From: a virus
Taxonomy: Duplodnaviria; Heunggongvirae; Uroviricota; Caudoviricetes
IMG/VR virus record: IMGVR_UViG_2565956616_000004
Reading direction: 5' to 3' (one strand)
Length of the DNA stretch: 32,584 nucleotides
Each line of letters starts with the position of its first letter. The first letter of the stretch is position 1. A program made the position numbers and the translations under genes. Below are positions 12,901 to 20,435 of the stretch, piece by piece. The notes below the pieces were generated by a model. The model saw only the letters and a program-made list of their open reading frames with translations. It was not told the DNA's origin and made no database searches.

Positions 12901-15900
12901 GAGCATGCACAGGATATGCTTTATGACTTCGTTGCCGCCGGACGCGTAGCCAGCGCAATGGACTCCGACTCCCACCGCAAAGAGGCCGCGCGTCGCCGGG
13001 TATTGTCGGAGTATTCAGATACCGGCACCGAAAAAGCAGAGAAGTATCCGTACTTTGAGGATATGGGCTTCGATAGTGTGATCGCTGACGAAGGTCACAA
13101 CTACCGCAATAGCTATAAAAATGGTCGCGAAGCGTCACAACTGGCCTATCTGCCCACCAGCGCGGTGGCGCAATCGGCGCGAGATATGGCAATTAAAAAC
13201 GCGTACCTGATGAAAAAGAATGGTGGGCGCGGCCCGGTTCTCCTGACTGCAACGCCAGTCGTTAACACCCCGATCGATGCATACAACATGCTTTCTCATG
13301 TTCTGCCGAAGGAATACTGGCAGAACATGGGGATCTACGGTCCTGATGACTTCGTTAAATTCTTCGGCAAGACCAGGCTGGAAACGGTACAGAAAATCAG
13401 CGGCGAAGTTGAAGAAAAAATGGCGCTGGTGGGTTTTGAAAACCTTGATGCGCTGCGCGGCATATTCCATCGCTGGACAACGCTTAAAACGGCGGAAGAC
13501 GTTAAGGATACCGTGGAGATCCCGGAACTGGACGAACACCAGCAGGATGCACCACTTACTGAAGAACAACTGGCGGCGTATGAAGAATTGCGTCAGCAGG
13601 CGGAAGCGGCGGCCAAAGCCAACAATGGTGTAACGACCTCGGTCAATGAAGACGGCGTGATTGAGCACGAGAAAGCCCGTCCGATCTTCTCAATAATCAG
13701 GGATATGGACCGCGTATGTACTGACATGGACCTGTACTATCGCCGGATCACCTATCGTTTCCTGCCGGAGTACGCCGATGCGGTGCAGCAGCTGGCAGAC
13801 AGTTTGCCTAAACAAGCCACCAGCGAAGACGACGACAGTGATGATTCAATCACGCAGCAATCGCAATACTCCCTGATAGATAAGGGCGAGTTTATTCAGT
13901 TGCAGGTTCCGGAAGCGTTCGAGCAGGAAGTGAATAAGCGCCTGGCCAGGTTTGGCATTGACGAACAGACCGTAACTCACCCCGTTACGCCCAAATACGC
14001 GAAGCTGATTGCCACGCTGAAGGAGTTTTTCCCGGAAGGTAAGCAAATCATCTTCACCGATGAAAAAACGCAGCACCAGAAGCTCAAGCGCATTATCTGC
14101 AATGCTCTTAACCTTGAACCTTCAAAGGTGGGGATACTGAATGCTCAGACGGTTGCCGAGGCAGGTAAAACCGGTAAGAAACTGAAAGCGGTTAAACCGC
14201 CGAAAGAGTTACCGGATGAATCAACAGATGCACAGATAGCGAAATACAACGAGCAAATGGCTCTGTATGACGCCTATATCGCGCAGCAAAATGAAATGTC
14301 GTTGGGCGGTCTGGAAAAGATTGCAGCCGACTTCCAGGAGGGCCGGACTCCGATCATCATCTGCAACAAAAAGGCAGAGGTGGGTATCAACCTGCATCGA
14401 GGAACGACTGACATCCATCATCTGACGTTGCCATGGACACCAGCCAGTATCGCACAGCGTAACGGTCGCGGTGCCCGAGTTGGTTCCAACCGTGCAAGCG
14501 TTCGCGTTCACTACTACTGCGGCAAGGGTTCTTTCGATGAATACCGACTGAAGACGCTGAAGCGTAAAGCAGGCTGGATCTCCGATATCCTCCGTTCAGA
14601 TAAGTCAGAAATGGAGAACGCCGACGCCAACGATATGATCGAAATGCAGATGTATACCGCTAAGGATGATGGCGAACGTCTGGCAATGATGCAGGTTCAA
14701 ATGGATAAGGCGAAAGCCGCGCAACGCGCTCGCCAGAAAGAACAGGCTACTATCGACCTTCAGAACTACATCAAGGCGCAGCACGCAGCTGGCGAGGATG
14801 TGGAGGTACTTACCGCTGAATTAGAGCGAAGCAAAGCGGAACTTGAAAAGACCACCGCCGAGGTAGCTAAATTCAAACAGGCGGTAATGGCCAAAGCAGC
14901 TGATAACGCAGACTGGAAAGCCCGCTGGGGTAGCGTCCATCACACAGACCGTACGTTGTTAGCACAGTATCGCGCGTCGTTGAAAAGCGCCATTCAGCGC
15001 AAGGCTAATATCTCTCAAGCCATCTCCCGCTATGAGAAATTATTGAACCGTACTCAGAAGGCCGCGACGGATATCAAACGCCTGCGCCCGCTGGTGGAGG
15101 ATGCAATAAATAAAGGCATTCTGGATGTTGATCCTGACTTGGTTAACCATGCGAGTGAGTTCCTTGTTATCGGCGATCGCTCATGGCGTGTAGGCCAATA
15201 CTACGATTGTGCCGGTGATATCGTTCGCATTAAGTCGCTGGACTTCGACAGCCAGCGCGCAGACGTGGAGATTATCTTTACCTTCAAAGGTACCAAATCG
15301 GGTAACTGGGATGTGAAGACGCTGGATAAACAGGTTGATGTAACTCCCGATGAAGATGCTGTTATGCAGAAAATCAGTGGTGGCGTCTCCATTGCCGGGA
15401 TTAACGACATCATTTCCTGTGACGATTTCTACCGTTTCCAGCAGCGCGGCATGATCAAAATCACTGACTCATACGGCGTTCAGACTACAGAGTCAGGCTA
15501 TAGCATTGATTTTGTTGGTACCTATACGGACCCACTGAAGCATGCGGTTTACCCGGATCGCCGTGACGGCGCGCTGAAGTCGTCAATTGCAAAATGGGTG
15601 CTTGGTATGATGTCGGAAGGGAATAACCGCCAGATCCGTTCGGCAGAAACATTCCTGGTTGAACTGTTTGGCTCCAATTATGGCGATGTAATCGCGTCAT
15701 ACGGAGATACGCTATCCCCTGAAGCAATTCAGGAGAAAATAGCGGATGCGATCGCCAGAATGCCGGAAAAAACAAGCCAGGGGGCTACTCGTAACGGGGA
15801 TTCTGAACTTGAAGTCACCAATGCCATTTTCGGTACCAATGAGTTCCGGGCGTCAGATTATGAGATCACCACAGCACAGTTTGGCACCATTGGCATTTAC

Positions 15901-16701
15901 AGCAATAAAGACGAGATCAAGCAGGCAATGGACGCAGCAAGTGCGCGCATTGCAGCAGAACGGAAAGCCAATCTGAATCATGCAGTCGCCGCGCTGACTC
16001 AATCGTGGGTAACAGCAATCAGGGAGGCCGCCACCACAGGAAAAATCACACCGGCAATTGCGGATGTCGTAAACGACGGCTCTAAATTTATGGATGCCTA
16101 TCAAATGGATGCGGTGCAGTTGCCATCAGCCTATGGCCAACTCAGCTATCGCATGACCTACAACCTGGTATCAATGTTTTCCGACCTTGCCATCCTTGGG
16201 CTGGTGGACCTTAACGAGGTTACGCCGGAATTGCTCAGCATGCGCAAGAACCATGTGGAGATATTGCACAGAATTAACACGGTACTTTCCGGGCGCACCG
16301 ATGAAGAGAAACAGGCAGACGCTGATCGGATAAACCTGGCCCTAGGCAACATCACGGAGGAAGAAATTGCCGCCAGAAACGAGAAACAAGAAGAGTTATC
16401 ATCAATACAGGGTGATGCCACCAGCATAGCTCAGTCTCTTGGTCTGAATTATCGCGTATCCACCGCCGACCTGAAGATGATGTACGCACCAAAATTCGCC
16501 GCTGGCGAGGTATTTGGGCTTCAGGAGGCGTCCGGCATGAAAGGCATTCTTTTCCGTGCGAAAGACGCAATCAAGGCGAAATTCGGCGCTCGCTGGCTGC
16601 CAGCGAAGGCGAAGAACAGCGATTTCCCGGGTAACTGGTGGATTATCGAGACAAAACACAACGTGGCGGACGTTCTGGCCGTCATCCAACAATACGCATA
16701 A
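9934..16701 (+). CDS. darB: DarB-type antirestriction protein: N6-adenine DNA methyltransferase fused to a superfamily-2 helicase (2255 aa)
   Basis: AAGGA Shine-Dalgarno then ATG at 9934. Methyltransferase motif I-like EPSAGTGVF and motif IV-like DHVVGNVPFGG; helicase Walker A GFGTGLGKTT, motif II VIADEGHNY, motif VI QRNGRGARVG. Length and domain order match what I recall for P1 DarB. Confidence 0.85.
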   Translation: MNKLSMGVFRCSSVSEILKYIRAITSHRAPIKYGVEKVEGKSYDRLRREANQKAIDLLNSLVDGATLTDEQRQILAGYTGEGGIGGSVSEYYTPKPIAEGVWEIMKLYGADVGNTLEPSAGTGVFNETKPVGTVMTATEISSVSGRINQLLHPEDSVQISPFEQLAVSTPNDSFDHVVGNVPFGGRDNTRNIDKPYAEETDMGSYFMLRMLDKIKPGGFMCVIVPPSIVSGSNMKRLRLRLSRKAEFLGAHRLPTGTFDANGTSTVVDVVLMRKHPAEMAEKIPLVDESTLESANVLWPTFISGKWFEKDGRRFVHGTQEKGFQGRIEVRADGQIDNQALKAKLIHRFESRIDWSLLDMAEPSPTADVVGEGEMRLINGVWQKYAGGRWIEADAGKELKIDAASYGADSWEALQRNLTTTEGRLGMTFTQMANVRDKYTTSISDDMVQLVDWINSQPEKYRERLYRGAMIGRMLIEYQDMKAAGHSAEQIEQQRLSLVSRLQAEIDRFGNPGRGPIAKLSGSGARAWFAFRGAIKLDGTISDELTGKLVTHDSSASYDSTSYQDTLRYLYSDLTRDPIQLDDFRLAFTGELPASDEELLNLLASTPGIAVSPYGGIVPFARATSGDINEIVAPKQEFLATLPDGPVKNNVLNQLAAIEEKRIKTPAENIRFKLNSRWFDRSVILEFLQENGYPDLRYVQSVQLEGDEMVSDTYHGGDGLFVGHRYGVVQRKDKETGEIRYEWDRKSGENATGFPAQLEKYLNGARIGGKDSATANGYREQMALLEDQFNKWIKTHDRYDELVAKYNDVFNSNIPYEHSGDPLGLKGLSGKRQPFDYQNSEVRRLSEDGRGILGFGTGLGKTTTALALEAFNYENGRSTRTAYVVPKSVLENWYYEAKEFLSEEAFSNYLFVGLDVLMDGDQIRQVQVLDENGKPVLGTDGTPVMRDALKLADEATITARMNAIPHSNYRAVVFTKEQYARIPLRDDTVDEHAQDMLYDFVAAGRVASAMDSDSHRKEAARRRVLSEYSDTGTEKAEKYPYFEDMGFDSVIADEGHNYRNSYKNGREASQLAYLPTSAVAQSARDMAIKNAYLMKKNGGRGPVLLTATPVVNTPIDAYNMLSHVLPKEYWQNMGIYGPDDFVKFFGKTRLETVQKISGEVEEKMALVGFENLDALRGIFHRWTTLKTAEDVKDTVEIPELDEHQQDAPLTEEQLAAYEELRQQAEAAAKANNGVTTSVNEDGVIEHEKARPIFSIIRDMDRVCTDMDLYYRRITYRFLPEYADAVQQLADSLPKQATSEDDDSDDSITQQSQYSLIDKGEFIQLQVPEAFEQEVNKRLARFGIDEQTVTHPVTPKYAKLIATLKEFFPEGKQIIFTDEKTQHQKLKRIICNALNLEPSKVGILNAQTVAEAGKTGKKLKAVKPPKELPDESTDAQIAKYNEQMALYDAYIAQQNEMSLGGLEKIAADFQEGRTPIIICNKKAEVGINLHRGTTDIHHLTLPWTPASIAQRNGRGARVGSNRASVRVHYYCGKGSFDEYRLKTLKRKAGWISDILRSDKSEMENADANDMIEMQMYTAKDDGERLAMMQVQMDKAKAAQRARQKEQATIDLQNYIKAQHAAGEDVEVLTAELERSKAELEKTTAEVAKFKQAVMAKAADNADWKARWGSVHHTDRTLLAQYRASLKSAIQRKANISQAISRYEKLLNRTQKAATDIKRLRPLVEDAINKGILDVDPDLVNHASEFLVIGDRSWRVGQYYDCAGDIVRIKSLDFDSQRADVEIIFTFKGTKSGNWDVKTLDKQVDVTPDEDAVMQKISGGVSIAGINDIISCDDFYRFQQRGMIKITDSYGVQTTESGYSIDFVGTYTDPLKHAVYPDRRDGALKSSIAKWVLGMMSEGNNRQIRSAETFLVELFGSNYGDVIASYGDTLSPEAIQEKIADAIARMPEKTSQGATRNGDSELEVTNAIFGTNEFRASDYEITTAQFGTIGIYSNKDEIKQAMDAASARIAAERKANLNHAVAALTQSWVTAIREAATTGKITPAIADVVNDGSKFMDAYQMDAVQLPSAYGQLSYRMTYNLVSMFSDLAILGLVDLNEVTPELLSMRKNHVEILHRINTVLSGRTDEEKQADADRINLALGNITEEEIAARNEKQEELSSIQGDATSIAQSLGLNYRVSTADLKMMYAPKFAAGEVFGLQEASGMKGILFRAKDAIKAKFGARWLPAKAKNSDFPGNWWIIETKHNVADVLAVIQQYA

Positions 16702-16702
16702 C

Positions 16703-16725
16703 AGGAGCGCCCGGTTCGCCGGGCG
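16703..16725 (+). other. AGGAG followed by a 7-bp GC hairpin with a UUCG loop in the darB-ulx spacer
   Basis: AGGAG at 16703-16707; stem cgcccgg (16708-16714) / ccgggcg (16719-16725) with loop ttcg. There is no T-run after it, so it is not a terminator. Confidence 0.4.
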
Positions 16726-16734
16726 TCGCATAAT

Positions 16735-17175
16735 ATGGCCACACTATCTGATACAATAAAACCGAATAAAACATATCTTGAGGCGGTACTCCGTACAGCG
16801 TTGTTAGGAAAGACAGAAGACGAATACGTTGATTTCTTCCTGTCAGGGCTACGCGGGCGATTACTGAAAAATCCCCGCCTGTACCGCAGCTATGGTCCAT
16901 ACTGGCCGGAAATTAAAAAATTATTACTGGAGCGCGGTTATGGTAATTTCGGTCGTCTCGTTGACCGTGACGTTCGCAAAATTTACCGTTATGACCGCCC
17001 GGCGCTAACACTCATAGCCGCGACGCTCTACAGCCAGGAGCGTTTTGATAATGGTCAGATATACTCAGCCTGGCATTTACTGCCAGTGCCTGAAGAAGTT
17101 GACGACCAGGACTATGAGTTTGAGTCTTACGATTTGGAAGTTGAAGCCTTGGCACAGGCTGGAGAGAAAACTTGA
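16735..17175 (+). CDS. Hypothetical 146-aa protein at the position of P1 ulx
   Basis: ATG at 16735 directly downstream of darB on the same strand. Identity is inferred from gene order only. Confidence 0.5.
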   Translation: MATLSDTIKPNKTYLEAVLRTALLGKTEDEYVDFFLSGLRGRLLKNPRLYRSYGPYWPEIKKLLLERGYGNFGRLVDRDVRKIYRYDRPALTLIAATLYSQERFDNGQIYSAWHLLPVPEEVDDQDYEFESYDLEVEALAQAGEKT

Positions 17176-17420
17176 AAAAGCGATACTACACAGTAAAGCA
17201 TGGGACGCTACGAGCATTACAAGAGTTTGCTGACAAGCATAACGTTGAGGTGCGCAGGGAAGGGGGAAGTAAAGCTCTGCGCATGTACCGTCCGGACGGG
17301 AAATGGCGGACGGTCGTCGATTTCAAAACAAACAGTGTTCCCCAGGGCGTCCGCGACCGGGCATTCGAAGAATGGGAGCAGATCATCATAGATAACGCAT
17401 TGCTTCTGAATGCTGATTAA
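17172..17420 (+). CDS. Small protein (82 aa) at the position of P1 lxc (C1 co-repressor)
   Basis: TTG start overlapping the upstream stop (TTGA), preceded by GGAGAG. The size matches my recollection of Lxc; not a sequence-level recognition. Confidence 0.45.
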   Translation: MKKRYYTVKHGTLRALQEFADKHNVEVRREGGSKALRMYRPDGKWRTVVDFKTNSVPQGVRDRAFEEWEQIIIDNALLLNAD

Positions 17421-17424
17421 GAAC

Positions 17425-17453
17425 TCTCCGGCCTAGGGAGATTAGGCCGGAGA
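17425..17453. terminator. Stem-loop between the convergent lxc-like and SIR2 genes
   Basis: Perfect 11-bp stem tctccggccta / taggccggaga with loop gggagat; the flanking U-tracts are only moderate. Confidence 0.5.
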
Positions 17454-17461
17454 TAAATATA

Positions 17462-18766
17462 CTATATAAACTTAGATACAATATCGTGAATCTGTTGTAG
17501 CGGGATATCTTCCATCTCATTCTTAATAAGAGAGCGGTTAGATGCTGTCAGTGAAGGCCATTTTGTTTTCCAGGCTAGATATGCTCGCCATGAGTAGCCT
17601 GTTTCGTAAGGTTTATTCATATAAGTCATTGAGTGTTCAACCGCATGTATGTATTTTTTCTCAAAATTGGTTCCTTTTACTTCAAATAAACTACCGAAAT
17701 AAATAAGCCATTTTGCCAGGTGTTCATACTGCTCCCATGCGCCAGGCTTTTTAGTAAGTTCTATTTTTTTATCTATTATATTACAAAAAACATTTAATAC
17801 ATTTTCATTATTCCAGCTATATCCAGATGATGAAATGGAGGAAATGATATGATAAAAAGAATCCTCTAGCTTCAAGAACTCTATTTTATACTCTCTTCCG
17901 TTTTTTATTACCGATTTGATTGAGTGCCTCAATTTGTCTTTTATTTTTTTTGCTTCTGGAATTTTATCGTTAAGTTTTCTAAAGAAATCAGATACCTCTG
18001 TTTTATCTATAACCCTAACCCCATAGCAGGAAAAATAGTAATCTTTAATAGGTTGCAATAGTTCCCCTCGGGAAACAAGGAAAATATTGGAGGACATTAC
18101 GTTGTCCCGTGAAAATACCTTATATTCATTTATAATAGCCTTTAGGTTCGCGTCACTTAGAGAATAGCCAAGGATAACAATAGTGTTTTCATGTAGAACT
18201 GTGCTTAGTTTATTAGAAAAGTAAGAATTACCATTTATAAATCTGAAATAATCCTCGCTAGTAACAACCATGTCTGATGGGGAGTCTATAGAACCGTGAA
18301 CATGGTAGACTTTAACCTCACAATTATATTTTGGAATTGGCAGGCCGGGGGTGATTGTACACGTTCGATTCTCTCCAGCCAGCTTTTCTGCTAACTTGTC
18401 ATAATTTGTCGTAATTACTTTAAATGTGTTTTCTTTGAAAAAGTCTTGAATATATTCAATTGATGGATCAAGTTCGATTGAGGCTATGATTTTCTCAATC
18501 TCTTGGTAAATATTTTTCCCCGAAAGTATAAATTTTAGTGCAATAACCTGAGCAGCTTCTTCAAGGCTAAGGTCTTTTGCTTTTCCATCAGGAAATAATT
18601 CCTCTTTGAGTGAGTCACCATCCTTCAATAAACCGCACAGTTGCTCCAATAAAGATTGCCAACTTGGGGCTTTATCATCAGAAACAGCCTTTGAAAATCC
18701 AGTGCCTGTAAGAAAGCACAGCCTATGTGTAGCCGCTGCATAGGCAATTTCTATATACTCGCTCAT
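17462..18766 (-). CDS. SIR2-family (SIR2_2-like) domain protein, 434 aa: N-terminal SIR2 NADase-like domain plus an unassigned C-terminal domain of about 200 aa; candidate anti-phage effector
   Basis: ATG at 18766 with a GGAG Shine-Dalgarno 6 nt upstream. Motifs FLTGTGFS (aa 18-25), ITTNYD (aa 118-123; N121 codon at 18404-18406) and HVHGS (aa 155-159; H157 codon at 18296-18298). The gene is visibly AT-rich (roughly one-third GC by eye) while the flanking genes are near 50 percent. Confidence 0.85.
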   Translation of the reverse strand: MSEYIEIAYAAATHRLCFLTGTGFSKAVSDDKAPSWQSLLEQLCGLLKDGDSLKEELFPDGKAKDLSLEEAAQVIALKFILSGKNIYQEIEKIIASIELDPSIEYIQDFFKENTFKVITTNYDKLAEKLAGENRTCTITPGLPIPKYNCEVKVYHVHGSIDSPSDMVVTSEDYFRFINGNSYFSNKLSTVLHENTIVILGYSLSDANLKAIINEYKVFSRDNVMSSNIFLVSRGELLQPIKDYYFSCYGVRVIDKTEVSDFFRKLNDKIPEAKKIKDKLRHSIKSVIKNGREYKIEFLKLEDSFYHIISSISSSGYSWNNENVLNVFCNIIDKKIELTKKPGAWEQYEHLAKWLIYFGSLFEVKGTNFEKKYIHAVEHSMTYMNKPYETGYSWRAYLAWKTKWPSLTASNRSLIKNEMEDIPLQQIHDIVSKFI

Positions 18767-18822
18767 TACTTACTCCATTTACTTATAGTTCTACGGAGAA
18801 GTATACCCTAATGCATTGACGT

Positions 18823-19464
18823 TTATAGATAATTTCCTTTTCCTGTTAATACTCCCTTAGGCACCTGTTTTTGTGCCAGCGTTTGGGTGCCGCGAATTAT
18901 GTTAATCAGAGGGCTTAGTAACGATGGTTCCTGGCGTGCCTCAACTTCTCCAGCCATTGCCCTGATGTAGTCGGCGCTGGCAACGTTGTTGTATTCCGTC
19001 GCAAAGCAACATAGTAACGTCAGAACATGCTCTGTCGTTATTTCGCTCCAGTTAATGTTGAAAAATTCATCGCCTTTTTTATCGTGTTCGGAATCGAAGA
19101 TGCTTTGGTGGAGGATGTATTTGCCGGATTCCTTGCGCGGTAACTTGATTGCTTTCTGGCGTTCCAGCTCCTTATAAATCTGCATTGCCTCAATTAGTAC
19201 CGGCCTGCCGTTCATGAAGGGATCGCGCAACCTTACACGCTGGCCAACTCGACCAGTAATAAAGCTGTTTTCCTCTTCCACCAGCACGATAAAACCCTTT
19301 TCCTCTTTTTCTCGCAATTCGCGCAGCAGCTGGAGTTCCATATCGCGGCGGCGTTCAGGGTAGCTGGTCCGCTCAGCCATTATTAGCTCATTGTTGATCC
19401 ATGCAGCAGTCATTGACGCCGGTTTGCCGACGCTCATCGAAACAACGCATATTTTCTTATCCAT
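18823..19464 (-). CDS. Hypothetical 214-aa protein immediately upstream of the SIR2 gene on the same strand (position of P1 mat)
   Basis: ATG at 19464 with an AGGGGG Shine-Dalgarno; the longer 262-aa track ORF uses a GTG at 19611 with no Shine-Dalgarno and runs through a terminator. Backbone-like GC content. No recognisable catalytic motif. Confidence 0.5.
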   Translation of the reverse strand: MDKKICVVSMSVGKPASMTAAWINNELIMAERTSYPERRRDMELQLLRELREKEEKGFIVLVEEENSFITGRVGQRVRLRDPFMNGRPVLIEAMQIYKELERQKAIKLPRKESGKYILHQSIFDSEHDKKGDEFFNINWSEITTEHVLTLLCCFATEYNNVASADYIRAMAGEVEARQEPSLLSPLINIIRGTQTLAQKQVPKGVLTGKGNYL

Positions 19465-19476
19465 AGCGCCCCCTAC

Positions 19477-19505
19477 AAAAAAGAAAAGCCACCAGCGGCG
19501 GCTTA
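19477..19505 (-). terminator. Intrinsic terminator downstream of ref (minus strand)
   Basis: On the minus strand: stem gccgcc/gguggc (one G-U pair, extendable by aagcc/ggctt) followed by UUUUCUUUUUU; it lies about 10 bp upstream of the next gene's Shine-Dalgarno. Confidence 0.5.
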
Positions 19506-19653
19506 GCAATACAACTGAAGGTAGCGCCCGGTACTCAGACTGTGCCGTCCATGGAATATTTGAAAAGGGATCCATCCGTACCGGGCATGTGATGATTCTG
19601 ACTGAAGTCACTTGTCAGTTGTCAATTATTTCAGATTAAAAATAATATATTTA

Positions 19654-20214
19654 TTAGTGCATGATGTTTGCCATCTCATAGGCGTCAGCCAGCAACTCCA
19701 TCTCTGACTTGTTCAGCAAGGTGAATTCTTTCTTGCCTCCAACCACACCATCGGCATGAACAGGGACCAGCCAGGGGTATTTTTCTCTTACTTCAGCCGG
19801 TGCTGCATGCTGGTGGTGCCATCTACAAAGTGGCAATTGCTTTTTGTGACAACCAGGCGCGGTACGACCGGAGATATGGTGCAGAGACACCTCTTCAGAT
19901 ATTACTCCATGCATATAGCAGGCAATGCAGGGGAGAGCGCCAAGAGCATTGGCTATGCGCCGCTCCTCCGCCGTCGGTGTTCGTCCCTTCAAGCCACGAG
20001 ATTTTATTTTTACCGCGCTTTTCCGCGTTTTGCTGGCTGGTGGGCGCTCTTTCTGTTTAGCGATACGGCGGTCGATAGTATTCCGCATTTTCTGATATTG
20101 AGATTCTCGCCAGGCCGGATCAGCCAACTTCTCCCGTTGCCGAGCGATCGCTCGTTCTCTGGCTGCCTTCTGCCACTTACGGTGCTGTTCAATTTTTTGT
20201 TCGATTGTTTTCAT
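19654..20214 (-). CDS. ref: Ref (recombination enhancement function), HNH-family endonuclease
   Basis: 186 aa from ATG 20214; basic low-complexity N-terminus (MKTIEQKIEQHRKWQKAARERAIARQREK) and a Cys/His-rich HNH-like core (CIACYMHGV...SLHHISG...CHKKQLPLCRWHHQ). Matches my recollection of P1 Ref. Confidence 0.85.
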   Translation of the reverse strand: MKTIEQKIEQHRKWQKAARERAIARQREKLADPAWRESQYQKMRNTIDRRIAKQKERPPASKTRKSAVKIKSRGLKGRTPTAEERRIANALGALPCIACYMHGVISEEVSLHHISGRTAPGCHKKQLPLCRWHHQHAAPAEVREKYPWLVPVHADGVVGGKKEFTLLNKSEMELLADAYEMANIMH

Positions 20215-20219
20215 ATGGC

Positions 20220-20245
20220 AAAAAAAAGGCGGCCTGATGGCCGCC
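20220..20245 (-). terminator. Strong intrinsic terminator in the ref leader, ending 5 nt before the ref ATG
   Basis: On the minus strand: 7-bp GC stem ggcggcc / ggccgcc with loop atca, followed by U8. Confidence 0.6.
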
Positions 20246-20305
20246 AATGATGTCAAGGAGTTAAGTAATGGCAACGTCTTCGTAGTTGACAAAAACTGCG
20301 GCTCA

Positions 20306-20329
20306 ATTATAGCAATCAATTAGAGCAAT
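20306..20329 (-). promoter_or_regulatory. C1 operator-like site overlapping a minus-strand TATAAT (candidate C1-repressed ref promoter)
   Basis: Minus-strand ATTGCTCTAATTGATTG (20313-20329) followed by TATAAT (plus coordinates 20306-20311); a second AGCAAT half-site is adjacent. Confidence 0.55.
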
Positions 20330-20435
20330 GGTAGAGATTTTGTTTATCGCGAATCACATTTTTTCACTTCAGTACCTGTGTGCTATACTCCTTCTTGATT
20401 GATTGGATGCGGAATACAAACCCGCTCTTTTGTGC

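Noticed and set aside
9967-16731. Numerous 60-180-aa ORFs on the minus strand inside darB (for example 13135-13668, 12851-13192, 16402-16731)
   Set aside because: All are embedded antisense within the uninterrupted 2255-codon darB frame, which has clear methyltransferase and helicase motifs; none has an evident Shine-Dalgarno or motif. Likely chance ORFs.
17462-18766. Calling the SIR2 gene a Thoeris ThsA
   Set aside because: The C-terminal half has no SLOG-like Gly-rich Rossmann signature and there is no TIR-domain (ThsB-like) gene nearby, so canonical Thoeris is not supported; I leave it as an unclassified SIR2 effector.
18823-19611. The 262-aa version of the ORF upstream of the SIR2 gene from the six-frame track
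   Set aside because: It begins at a GTG (19609-19611) with no Shine-Dalgarno and its first 49 codons run through the terminator-like hairpin; the internal ATG at 19464 with an AGGGGG Shine-Dalgarno is a much better start.
17421-19653. Type III restriction-modification (res/mod) genes expected from the P1 gene order
   Set aside because: No ORF of suitable size or with methyltransferase (DPPY-type) or helicase motifs is present in this interval; the only large methyltransferase-helicase in the window is darB.
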